Assembly (NCBI GenBank): GCA_902792865.1
Contig: CADBBJ010000019.1
Coordinates: 2,012 to 66,011, forward strand
Length of the DNA stretch: 64,000 nt
Direction of reading: 5' to 3'
From: Candidatus Ruminimicrobiellum tauri
Lineage (GTDB): Bacteria > Elusimicrobiota > Endomicrobiia > Endomicrobiales > Endomicrobiaceae
Of this stretch, positions 33,479-42,758 are shown piece after piece (position 1 is the stretch's first letter; each line of letters begins with the position of its first letter). The notes beneath the pieces are model-generated. The model saw nothing but the letters and a program-made list of their open reading frames with translations. It ran no database searches and was not told where the DNA came from. A program made the translations under genes and the position numbers.

Positions 33479-34317
33479 AAATTATAAATAATCCGGAAGA
33501 ATTACGGAAAAATATAGAAATATTAAAAAAAGAAGGAAAGACTGTAGGGCTTGTTCCTACAATGGGGGCATTACATTATGGGCATATTTCTTTAATGAAA
33601 CAATCCGTTTTACAAAATGATATTACGGTAGTTTCCGTATATGTAAATCCCATACAATTTGGTCCGAATGAAGATTATGAAAGGTATCCCAGACCGATAG
33701 AAAAAGATATACAAGTTTGTCAGGATAACAAAGTAGATTTTTTATTTATGCCTACGAACGAAACTTTGTATAATAAAAATTTTTCAACATATATTTACAA
33801 TAATAACATATCAAAAATAATGTGTGGTGTTACAAGACCGACACATTTTCAAGGTGTGTGTACTGTAGTTGCAAAACTTTTTAATATAGCTATGCCTCAA
33901 AGAGCATATTTCGGTTTAAAGGATTATCAACAGTACACAATTATCAGACAGATGGTTGAAGATTTAAATTTTAATATTGAAATTGTAGGATGTCCGATAG
34001 TTAGAGAAGAGTCCGGACTTGCAATGTCCAGCAGAAATACATATTTATCACAAGAAGAAAAAGTTCAAGCAACGGGAATATATAAATCTTTATGTTTGGC
34101 CAAACAGTTGTTTGCCGAAGGTAAAAGTATTAAAGATATAAAGTCGGCCGTGGAAGAAAATATTTTAAAAATTCCTAACGGTAAAATAGATTATATTGAA
34201 TTAAGAAATTCTCAAAATTTACGGGAAGTTACGGATTCGGATAAAAATATTGTAATTGCTGTTGCGGTTAAAGTTGGAAATGTTCGTCTTATAGATAATA
34301 TGGTTTGCGAAAAATAG
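33475..34317 (+). CDS. panC: pantoate--beta-alanine ligase
   Basis: VGLVPTMGALHYGHISLM...IQFGPNEDYERYPR...HFQGVCTVVAKLFNI. Confidence 0.92.
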   Translation: MKIINNPEELRKNIEILKKEGKTVGLVPTMGALHYGHISLMKQSVLQNDITVVSVYVNPIQFGPNEDYERYPRPIEKDIQVCQDNKVDFLFMPTNETLYNKNFSTYIYNNNISKIMCGVTRPTHFQGVCTVVAKLFNIAMPQRAYFGLKDYQQYTIIRQMVEDLNFNIEIVGCPIVREESGLAMSSRNTYLSQEEKVQATGIYKSLCLAKQLFAEGKSIKDIKSAVEENILKIPNGKIDYIELRNSQNLREVTDSDKNIVIAVAVKVGNVRLIDNMVCEK

Positions 34318-34409
34318 AATAGCTATAAATATTTGTAAATTAACGGTTGATAACCGTAAATAGATATGTGTTTAATTTATTTGATGGTTTAATATAGAGT
34401 AAAAATAAA

Positions 34410-35978
34410 ATGATAAAAGCTGATTATTTAGTTATAGGAAGCGGAATAGCAGGTCTTAGTTTTGCTTTAAAAGCATGCAAAACCGGAACTGTTTCGCTTA
34501 TAACTAAAAAGAAATTGTTTGATTCTGCTACAGGTAAAGCACAAGGCGGTATTGCTTGTGTGACTGATAAAAATGATACTTTCAAAGAGCATATACAAGA
34601 TACACTTATTGCAGGTGACGGACTGTGTAATAAACAAATAGTAGATATTGCCGTTAAATCTGCTCCTGACAGAATAAAAGAATTGATGGATATGGGAATG
34701 GTATTTGCAAAAAAAGATTGCAACAATTCGGAATTTGAACTCGGTTTGGAAGGCGGACACAGTAAAAGACGAATTCTTCATTGTGGAGATATTACGGGTG
34801 AAGAAATAGAAAAAGTTTTGGTAGACAATATTAGAAAAGCTCAAAATGTAAATATATATGAAGATAATATGGCAATAGATTTGATTGTTGATGAAAACAA
34901 AAAATGTTGCGGAGCTTATGTATATGATACAAACAAATCCATAGTTGAAACTTTTTTAGCTAAAGTTACGGTTCTTGCTTGTGGCGGAATAGGGAAAGTG
35001 TTTTTGTATACATCAAATCCCGATATAGCAACGGGAGACGGAATTGCTATGGCATATAGAGCCGGAGCAGATATATCCGATATGGAATTTGTTCAATTTC
35101 ATCCTACATGTTTATATCATCCTGCAGCAAAATCTTTTTTGATTTCGGAAGCAGTCAGAGGTGAAGGTGCGATACTTAAAAATCAGAAAGGTGAACCGTT
35201 TATGCATAAATACCATAAATTAAAAGATTTAGCACCGAGAGATATAGTTTCAAGAGCAATAGATATTGAACTTAAAAAAAACGGAGATAAATTTGTATAT
35301 TTGGATATAAGGCATAGGGGAAAAGATTTTATAGTTAAAAGGTTTCCTAACATATATAAGAAGTGTTTATTTTATTCTATAGATATGGCAAAAGATATGA
35401 TACCGGTTGTTCCTGCCGCACATTATTGTTGTGGCGGAATAAAAGCGGATAAGTATGGGCAAACATCTGTATCAAACTTGTTTGCTATCGGTGAAAATGC
35501 CTGTAACGGATTACAGGGAGCAAACAGGCTTGCATCTAATTCTTTGTTGGACGGTTTGGTCTTTGCTCACTTTGCATATCAAAAAAGTAAAGAAATGTTG
35601 CCCAATATTACAATAAATGAAAAGATAAAAAAATTTGTTAATAAAAGTACCGGCAACGGCGATCCTACCATAATGTTGCACAATTGGGAAGAAATCAGAA
35701 GGCTTATGTCCAACTATGTCGGTATTGTCAGAACGGATGAACGGCTTTTGATGGCACAAAAAAGGCTAAAACTTATTAAAGAAGAAGTTAAAAAACATTT
35801 TAGAGATTTCAAGGTTAGTATGGAACTTTTGGAAATAAAAAATATAGTAGATGTTGCCGAAATAATAATAAAATCCGCAATGGCAAGAAAAGAAAGCAGA
35901 GGTGCACATTATACTGCAAATTATCCGACAAAATCGGCAGATAAAAAGGATACGATTATAAATAAAAATAATCAATGA
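34410..35978 (+). CDS. nadB: L-aspartate oxidase
   Basis: FAD motif DYLVIGSGIAGLSFAL, then GGIA..., EFVQFHPT and RGEGAILKN; 522 aa. Confidence 0.9.
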   Translation: MIKADYLVIGSGIAGLSFALKACKTGTVSLITKKKLFDSATGKAQGGIACVTDKNDTFKEHIQDTLIAGDGLCNKQIVDIAVKSAPDRIKELMDMGMVFAKKDCNNSEFELGLEGGHSKRRILHCGDITGEEIEKVLVDNIRKAQNVNIYEDNMAIDLIVDENKKCCGAYVYDTNKSIVETFLAKVTVLACGGIGKVFLYTSNPDIATGDGIAMAYRAGADISDMEFVQFHPTCLYHPAAKSFLISEAVRGEGAILKNQKGEPFMHKYHKLKDLAPRDIVSRAIDIELKKNGDKFVYLDIRHRGKDFIVKRFPNIYKKCLFYSIDMAKDMIPVVPAAHYCCGGIKADKYGQTSVSNLFAIGENACNGLQGANRLASNSLLDGLVFAHFAYQKSKEMLPNITINEKIKKFVNKSTGNGDPTIMLHNWEEIRRLMSNYVGIVRTDERLLMAQKRLKLIKEEVKKHFRDFKVSMELLEIKNIVDVAEIIIKSAMARKESRGAHYTANYPTKSADKKDTIINKNNQ

Positions 35979-36082
35979 TAAAATAACGAAAATTTGTTAT
36001 TTGTCTGTTTATTTGTTTCTTTGACAACATACCGAATTATTATGTAAAATTAATAATATTTTAAATTTAAGGAGTAAATAAA

Positions 36083-37303
36083 ATGGCTATTATAAAAGCA
36101 TTTAACGGTGTCAGATATTCAAAAGAAAATATTACAAACGAGATATGTCCTCCTTATGATGTAATAAGTCCCGAGCAAAAAGAAGAATTAAAGAAAAAAT
36201 CTCAATATAATATGGTAAAACTTGAATTGTCGGATGCACAGGGAACAAAAAATAAATATGAACAGGCAAGTGTTTTGTTTAAAGAATGGTTATCTGAAGG
36301 TGTCTTGATAAAAGAGGATAAACCTGCACTTTATTTTTATGAGCAGGAATTTATAGACCATGGTGTAAAAATGGTGAGAAGAGGTTTTTTTGCCGCATTA
36401 AAAATTGAAAATCCTCACGGTGGTGCGGTAAAAGCTCACGAAAAAACTCTTTCTGCTCCGAAAGAAGACAGGTTAAATCTTTTAAAGGCTGTAGAAGCAA
36501 ATTTAAGCCCGATATTTTTATTATTTAACGATGACAACGGTAAGATTGTTAATTTGTGTAAAGATATTTCTGCAAAAAAGCCGACATCCGTTGCATCGGA
36601 TGATGAAAAAACTAATCATAAAGTTTGGGTTGTAAGTTCTGAAGAAATAGTTAAAGAAGTTGAAAATTGTTTGAAAGATAAAAAAACATTCATTGCCGAT
36701 GGTCATCACAGATACGAAACTTCATGGAATTATTTACAATACATAAAAGGTAAAGATTCAAATTTCTCCGATACAAAAGAGTACGGATATGTTCTTGCTT
36801 TTTTATGTCCGATGGAAGATGAGGGTATTTCAATTTGGCCTACACACAGAGTTATTGAAGAACCAAAAAATCTTGAAGAAAATATTGAAAAATATTTTAA
36901 TGTTTTACCTAAAGAAGAATTTTTAAAGTTGCAAAAAGAAACGGTTCAACCTATTATGGTGTATAAAGACGGAAAGTATAGAACATTAGTTGTAAAAGAT
37001 TCGGAATTATTAAAGAAAGCTATGCCGGAAAATTGTGATGCTTTTAGAAATTTAGGTGTAAGTATATTGCATAACATATTGATACCGAAAGAACAGGTTT
37101 CTGCCGATAAATATGTTTATGTGAAAGATGAAAATGAAGCGGTAGAATTGGCTAAAAAAACAAATAAAATTGCAATTATGGTTCCTGCAACACCGGTAGA
37201 ATCTATAAAAGAAATTGCATTAAATAATGAAAATATGCCACAAAAGTCAACTTACTTTTTTCCAAAATTGGCTAGTGGAATAATTATTCATACCGTATGC
37301 TAA
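36083..37303 (+). CDS. DUF1015 family protein
   Basis: N-terminus IKAFNGVRYS...ICPPYDVIS and FIADGHHRYETS are characteristic of DUF1015. Confidence 0.75.
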   Translation: MAIIKAFNGVRYSKENITNEICPPYDVISPEQKEELKKKSQYNMVKLELSDAQGTKNKYEQASVLFKEWLSEGVLIKEDKPALYFYEQEFIDHGVKMVRRGFFAALKIENPHGGAVKAHEKTLSAPKEDRLNLLKAVEANLSPIFLLFNDDNGKIVNLCKDISAKKPTSVASDDEKTNHKVWVVSSEEIVKEVENCLKDKKTFIADGHHRYETSWNYLQYIKGKDSNFSDTKEYGYVLAFLCPMEDEGISIWPTHRVIEEPKNLEENIEKYFNVLPKEEFLKLQKETVQPIMVYKDGKYRTLVVKDSELLKKAMPENCDAFRNLGVSILHNILIPKEQVSADKYVYVKDENEAVELAKKTNKIAIMVPATPVESIKEIALNNENMPQKSTYFFPKLASGIIIHTVC

Positions 37304-37743
37304 GTTTTTTAACGGATGTTAGTATAATTGTACTGCTATTGTTTTTGCTGTACATCGGGTATTATACCGGAATTATTAAAAGTTTTTTTGCCGTAGTTGC
37401 CGGATTTTTTGCACTAATATTAGCACAAAGTTATCCGTACCAAGTCGGCATAAATTATTATTTTGTTTTTGTTGCAGTTGCCGTAATAATATTTTTAGTT
37501 GGTATTTTTGTTTTCAAAATAGCTAAGTTTTTATATTTATCCTTATTTGATAAATTAGCCGGGGCATGTTTGGGGATATTTTTGTGGTTTATACTATCTG
37601 CGAATGTTATAATTCCCAGTATAGATGCTTGTGTAAATAAAATAGAAACTAAAGTTAAAAATGTTTCTGTAGTTTCAAATTTATCTAAAATATCTTGTCC
37701 GGCATTTGGAAAATATATTCCAAGTTTTATTGCAGACAAATAA
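37297..37743 (+). CDS. CvpA-like membrane protein
   Basis: 148 aa with four hydrophobic segments. The N-terminus (DVSIIVLLLFLLYIGYYTGIIKSFFAVVAGFFALILA) resembles CvpA. It overlaps the previous CDS by 7 nt. Confidence 0.5.
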   Translation: MLSFLTDVSIIVLLLFLLYIGYYTGIIKSFFAVVAGFFALILAQSYPYQVGINYYFVFVAVAVIIFLVGIFVFKIAKFLYLSLFDKLAGACLGIFLWFILSANVIIPSIDACVNKIETKVKNVSVVSNLSKISCPAFGKYIPSFIADK

Positions 37744-37790
37744 TTAAAAATATGAAATATTGTATATCATTTTAAAGGAGAAAAATTAAA

Positions 37791-38663
37791 ATGAAAAAAT
37801 TAAGATTAGGTTTTCCAAAAGGTAGCTTACAAGAATCAACCGTTGAATTATTTAAAAAAGCAGGTATACGAATAAATGTTTCTTCCAGATCGTACTTTCC
37901 TACTTGTAGCGATGACGAGATAGAAGTTATGTTGGTAAGATCGCAAGAAATGGCAAAATATGTTCAAGATGGAGTATTCGATGCAGGGCTTACGGGGTTT
38001 GATTGGATATGTGAAACAGGTGCAAAAGTTAAAGAAGTTTGTGAACTCAGGTATGCAAAGTCAGGTTTTAGACCTGTAAGATGGGTTTTAGCGGTTCCTA
38101 ACGATTCTAAAGTTAAAAGTATAAAAGATTTACAGGGTAAAAGGATTGCTACGGAACTTTTAAACTATACAAAAAAATATTTTGCAAAAAATAAAGTTAA
38201 AGCAAATATAGAATTTTCTTGGGGTGCAACCGAAGCTAAAGCCGGAAAATTAGTTGATGCTATTGTTGAACTTACGGAAACAGGTTCTTCTCTTAGAGCA
38301 AACAATTTAAGAATAGTTGAAGAACTCCTGTCCTCTACAACAAGGCTTATTGCAAATGCTAATGCCTGGAAAGATTCTTGGAAAAGAGAAAAAATAGAAA
38401 ATCTTTCCATACTTTTGCAAGGAGCATTGAATGCAGAAGGTATGGTTGGTTTAAAAATGAATGTACCTTCTAAAAAGTTGCCTGAAGTTGAAAAAATATT
38501 GCCTGCTTTGAAAAAGCCTACTATTTCAAATTTAAGTGATAAAAATTGGATAGCATTGGAAGTTATAGTTGAAGAAAATATAGTAAAAAAAGTTATTCCT
38601 GCACTTAAAAGAGCCGGGGCTGAGGGACTTATAGAATATCCTTTAAATAAAATAATTTATTAG
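37791..38663 (+). CDS. hisG: ATP phosphoribosyltransferase (long form)
   Basis: [22 protein letters not shown]-like region, [14 protein letters not shown]; 290 aa with a C-terminal regulatory domain. Confidence 0.88.
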   Translation: MKKLRLGFPKGSLQESTVELFKKAGIRINVSSRSYFPTCSDDEIEVMLVRSQEMAKYVQDGVFDAGLTGFDWICETGAKVKEVCELRYAKSGFRPVRWVLAVPNDSKVKSIKDLQGKRIATELLNYTKKYFAKNKVKANIEFSWGATEAKAGKLVDAIVELTETGSSLRANNLRIVEELLSSTTRLIANANAWKDSWKREKIENLSILLQGALNAEGMVGLKMNVPSKKLPEVEKILPALKKPTISNLSDKNWIALEVIVEENIVKKVIPALKRAGAEGLIEYPLNKIIY

Positions 38664-38754
38664 TATAAATTTATTTTTTTATAGCCGGATATCGGATGTT
38701 TTTAAAATGGATATTAAAGAATGAACTGCTAAGTCGTTAAATATCCGGGAGAAA

Positions 38755-39171
38755 ATGATGAAAAAAGATAACTTTTTAAAACTTGCAAAAGTTGTTGTAA
38801 AAATAGCAGAGGATAAAAAGGGCGAAAATATTGTTTTATTAGATGTTAAAGAACTTACTGAAATTACAAATTATTTTGTTATAGTTACGGCAAATTCAAT
38901 GCCACAAATAAATGCCATAGCAAACGAAATAGAAAAAACTTTAAAGTATGATTATGAAACAGAAGTTTTAAGAAGAGATGGTGGTTCTACTGTTAATTGG
39001 AAAGTTTTAGATTTCGGAGGTATTATTGTCCATATCATGAGTCAAGATTTAAGGACTTTATATAATCTTGAAAATATTTGGGCAAAAACCAAACAAAAAA
39101 ATATATCTGACAAAACAAAATCTGCAAAGGCGAAAAAAGTTGTTAGAAAAACCAAAAAAACTGCAGAATAA
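38755..39171 (+). CDS. rsfS: ribosome silencing factor RsfS (iojap family)
   Basis: KKGENIVLLDVKELTEITNYFVIVTANSMPQINAIANEI...WKVLDFGGIIVHIM; basic C-terminal tail. Confidence 0.85.
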   Translation: MMKKDNFLKLAKVVVKIAEDKKGENIVLLDVKELTEITNYFVIVTANSMPQINAIANEIEKTLKYDYETEVLRRDGGSTVNWKVLDFGGIIVHIMSQDLRTLYNLENIWAKTKQKNISDKTKSAKAKKVVRKTKKTAE

Positions 39172-39329
39172 ATATTAAAATATATAAAAAATCAATTTTG
39201 CCGTTCGCCGTTGCCGTTTGTTGTTTCCTTTGCCGTCATTGAGAAAATACGGAGTATTTTTGTGGTAATCCGGTCGTTGCCTTTTCTGTTGTTGCCGTTT
39301 CGTCTTTGTAGTTGTTGTTTTTTATTTTT

Positions 39330-39365
39330 CCATAGACTGCCACACCCTAACGGGTTCGCAGTGAC
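39330..39365 (+). repeat. P element copy 4
   Basis: Identical 36-mer. Confidence 0.95.
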
Positions 39366-39562
39366 AGCACCCCTGATTGTTTTTCATCCGTTTTGTCTTT
39401 GTCTTTTGCCGTTGTCGTTCCGCCGTTCGTCGTCTTTCCGTGAAAAAATTTTGATTTTTTCGTGGCAATCCATAAAAAAATAAATCCGTTTTCCACTTTT
39501 TTGTCATTCCGTGACCGAAGGTCGTGGCAATCCAGTCGTTGCCTTTGTTGTTGTTTATTATT

Positions 39563-39598
39563 CCATAGACTGCCACACCCTAACGGGTTCGCAGTGAC
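39563..39598 (+). repeat. P element copy 5
   Basis: Identical 36-mer. Confidence 0.95.
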
Positions 39599-40152
39599 AG
39601 CATCCTGATTGTTTTTCATCCGTTTTGTCTTTGTTGTTGCCGTTGCCGTTATCGTTGCTGTCTTTCCGTGAAATTTCTGCGAATTTTCACGGAAAGACAT
39701 AAAAAATAAATCCGTTTTCCTATTTGTCGTTAGAGAACCCGGGCTTTTTCTTTTGAAGTGCGATTTAGAGACGGCTTATGAGTGAACAATTTTTTAAACA
39801 AAAAACTACAAGAACAAGCTTTTTCCGAAGGGCAATGTGTCTTTGTTTGAGCTTTTTTCGTTACAATATGTCGTTAGAAAAAAGCGAGTTGGCCTTTGGT
39901 TTAAAAAATTGGAACGAAAATAGAATGTACTTATAGTAGTGATAAATGGTCTAAAAAACAAATAATTCGCCGTTTTGTCTTTGCCGTTGCCGTTGTCTTT
40001 TGCCGTCTTTGCGAGGCAACTTGTTGCCGTGGCAATCCATAAAAAAATAAATCCGTTTTCCTGTTTGTCGTTAGAGAACCCGGGAAATTTTCTTTGAAGT
40101 GAGTTTTAGAGACAGTATATGAACGAAGTATTTTTTAGAGTACAAATATAAA

Positions 40153-41754
40153 TTAAAAATTGATAAGCAAATTTTTATATTTTGTTTCCAAATCTTTATC
40201 TTTTAATTCTTTTGCAATTAAAATAAGTTTTTCACAAATCTCTTTTGATTTAAATTCTTTATCAAATGAATTTATAAAACATTCTTTTGCTTTTTGATAG
40301 TTTTTATCATAGAAATAATATTCACCTAACAGAAACCATTTATCAGGCTTTATTGCAGTTATTCCTGATGTTTCAGGATATTTTAATTTTAATGCTAATT
40401 GGCAAAATTTCTCGTACCTGTCAAATCTTTTATCATAATCATTATTAACCGATTTCCAATATAAATGATGATCCGATTTTGTTATTGAAAATTTTTCCGG
40501 ATTGTTTCTTACATAAGTACACTTCTCCAATGTAAAGAAAGATTGACTTGCCAGAATAGAGTTTACATAAGGTCTTGCCTTAACTAAAAATTTCAATGTT
40601 TCATGAAAATCTTCATCTGTTTCTGTCGGAAAGCCACACATCATATTTATTTGAAATGAAATTCCTGCTTCTTTTGTATTTTTAAACAGTTCAATTGCTT
40701 TTGGAATTTTAAACTTTTTATTCATGGAATCTAAAACTTTTTGTGAACTGGACTCTACTCCATAACCAACCAAACCGCAACCGGCTTGTTTCATTTTTTT
40801 TAGTAGTTTTAGTGTCATATCATCTCTGACAACCGCTTGCCCTGCCCAAGAAATTCTAATGTCGTTTGATATTATTAAATCACAAAATTCTTCAAGATTT
40901 TTTAAATTTCCGTTTAACAATAATCCGTTAAAGTAAAAATAATTTATTTGTGCAAAATCAGTAATGTGTTTCTTTATCTGTTCAAATAATCTTCCGGCAG
41001 ACATTGTTCTGTATTTTGGCCAAAATAATCTTTCATAACAGAAATGACAAGCATTGATACAACCTCTTGAATCCAGTAAATCAAGCCTGTTAGTTTGTTC
41101 GTATTTGTTATTTAAAATATCATCTTTAAAATCCATATAATCGGGAATTGGTAAAGAGTCTAAATCTTTTACCGTTTCACTTTGTCCGCAATCAATAACT
41201 TCACCGTCTTTTTCCATTAAAAAGCCTTCGCATTTCGGCAGGTTATTTATATCAAAGTTTTCTTTTAATTTTTCTAAAAGATTTTTTAGGGGAATATCCG
41301 CTTCACCGTAACAAACATAATCTATAAAATTTTGTTTTGCAAAATCATAAGCCATTTGAGTTTTTGCAGCTTTATGACCTAAGAAAATTATTATGGAATT
41401 TTTTTTTGATTCTTTTATTTTTTGTGCTATGGCATAACTTATGTTTACGGACGGAGTATGTGTATCAAATATAAAAACATTTGCATCGGTAGCTAAAATG
41501 GCGGTTATGGATTTTTGTGCATTTGAAACTTTTAATATTGTATCCGTAAAAGTATTGTTTTCCCAAACAGAATAAAAGTCTCTGTTTGTCCAATACTTTT
41601 TGTTTTCTTCGTTTGCCTGATGATAAAAAATATTATTTAAATCAAAACAAAAAGTTTCATGCCCTAAACTTTTTAAATATGTTGAAAAATAGGCAAGTAT
41701 ATAAGGAGGACAATATCTTACCCACCAGGGACATTTTATTAAGGCAACTTTCAT
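40153..41754 (-). CDS. B12-binding-domain radical SAM protein (class B-like) with a TPR-like C-terminal tail
   Basis: N-terminal Rossmann-like B12-binding region. The CxxxCxxC motif is in SRGCINACHFCYE. Later motifs GLVGYGVESSSQKVL and FPTETDEDF; 533 aa. Confidence 0.8.
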   Translation of the reverse strand: MKVALIKCPWWVRYCPPYILAYFSTYLKSLGHETFCFDLNNIFYHQANEENKKYWTNRDFYSVWENNTFTDTILKVSNAQKSITAILATDANVFIFDTHTPSVNISYAIAQKIKESKKNSIIIFLGHKAAKTQMAYDFAKQNFIDYVCYGEADIPLKNLLEKLKENFDINNLPKCEGFLMEKDGEVIDCGQSETVKDLDSLPIPDYMDFKDDILNNKYEQTNRLDLLDSRGCINACHFCYERLFWPKYRTMSAGRLFEQIKKHITDFAQINYFYFNGLLLNGNLKNLEEFCDLIISNDIRISWAGQAVVRDDMTLKLLKKMKQAGCGLVGYGVESSSQKVLDSMNKKFKIPKAIELFKNTKEAGISFQINMMCGFPTETDEDFHETLKFLVKARPYVNSILASQSFFTLEKCTYVRNNPEKFSITKSDHHLYWKSVNNDYDKRFDRYEKFCQLALKLKYPETSGITAIKPDKWFLLGEYYFYDKNYQKAKECFINSFDKEFKSKEICEKLILIAKELKDKDLETKYKNLLINF

Positions 41755-41756
41755 TG

Positions 41757-42598
41757 TTACCTTTCCTCATCCACTATCCACTTATATTCATCGCAGGGAC
41801 AAGTTTCCGCTTCGCAAGGCATTGGTTTATCATGTAATCTGAAATTTTTGTCCGTAAATATGTTTCCGATAGGTTTATGGCTTAAAGGTCCGCATCTTGT
41901 AACCGTTCCGTCTGCTTTAATTGAAGCATATATATGACCCGCTCTACACAACAATTTACCTTTGGTTTTTTGACCTTCAAGATGATATTTTAATCTGTCA
42001 ACATCTCCCATATAAGGTTTCATCATTTCTCTTTCTTCATCCGTATATGCCTGAGGATAAGTTTTTCCGCAATATTCACCATGAAAAGCAGCTAATGCCA
42101 TAACAATACCATGGCTTTTAAATATATCGTCATAATATTTTATTTATCCATGTTTGGCGGATAAGCTAAATAGCAAACTCCGCCTTTGAAACCGTATTTA
42201 TATAAATATAAAACTTTTCTGATAAAAGGTTCTATTTTTGTTTCCAACGGATGAAAATTCATATCAAGTCTTACTCTTTCGGGGTTTAGTTGCTTTGCAA
42301 AGGTAAACATATCTCCCGATAATTGACAGGTAACTTTTACCGTATGCTTTTTTGAAATAACTTCTACCAAATCTGTAAATCTCGGATATAAAGTCGGTTC
42401 TCCGCCGGTAATCATTAAATCGCATTCACCATATAAGTCGTACATCCTGTCCCAAATTTCTACCATTTTTTCAAAAGGCGGATATACATTATGTTTATCC
42501 ATTTCGTCCCAAACTTTATCAAACCAGCAATAAGGACATCTGAAATTACATCTGTAATGAGAATCCCATACAAAACTAACTTTTTGTTTTTGTTGCAT
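41757..42598 (-). pseudogene. radical SAM protein with a Cys-rich (SPASM/twitch-like) C-terminus, split into 152-aa and 114-aa ORFs by a 1-nt frameshift
   Basis: The N-terminal ORF (42140-42598) carries CNFRCPYCW and GGEPTLYP. The C-terminal ORF frame is open from 42143 and reads IKYYDDIFKSHGIVMALAAFHGEYCG...CRAGH...RCG...CEAETCPC. The two frames abut at gataaataaaat (minus strand, 42137-42148). Restoring one A would fuse them into about 279 aa. Confidence 0.6.
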
Positions 42599-42758
42599 AA
42601 CACATTCCTTTTAACTTTTTAATGTGTATCATTATATAAAAATTTTATATAATAAAGAAGATAAATTTTATTCCATACAACAAAAATATGAAATTCAATT
42701 TGTCTTTTGAATTTATACAATAAAATGATAAAATATAAAAAAATATGTGAGAAAAAAT

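Larger units (their letters stand above)
39172..40150 (+). repeat. mosaic intergenic repeat island C (5 hairpin units, 2 P elements, 2 X units)
   Basis: Hairpin units lie at 39235-39271, 39432-39472, 39503-39534, 39660-39698 and 40004-40038. P elements lie at 39330-39365 and 39563-39598. X units lie at 39699-39967 and 40039-40140. Confidence 0.9.

Noticed and set aside
39211-39700. ORFs inside island C (39211..39483 +, 39322..39576 -, 39347..39700 -)
   Set aside because: These are translated repeat modules. They are mutually overlapping on both strands and have no RBS or conserved frame.
41586-42103. Plus-strand ORFs 41586..41837 and 41921..42103
   Set aside because: They are antisense to well-supported radical SAM coding sequence and have no recognisable motifs.
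42130-42151. Programmed ribosomal frameshift at the radical-SAM split
   Set aside because: There is no canonical slippery heptamer and no obvious downstream stimulatory structure. A 1-nt homopolymer indel (error or mutation) is the simpler explanation, so it is reported only as a frameshift to be verified.
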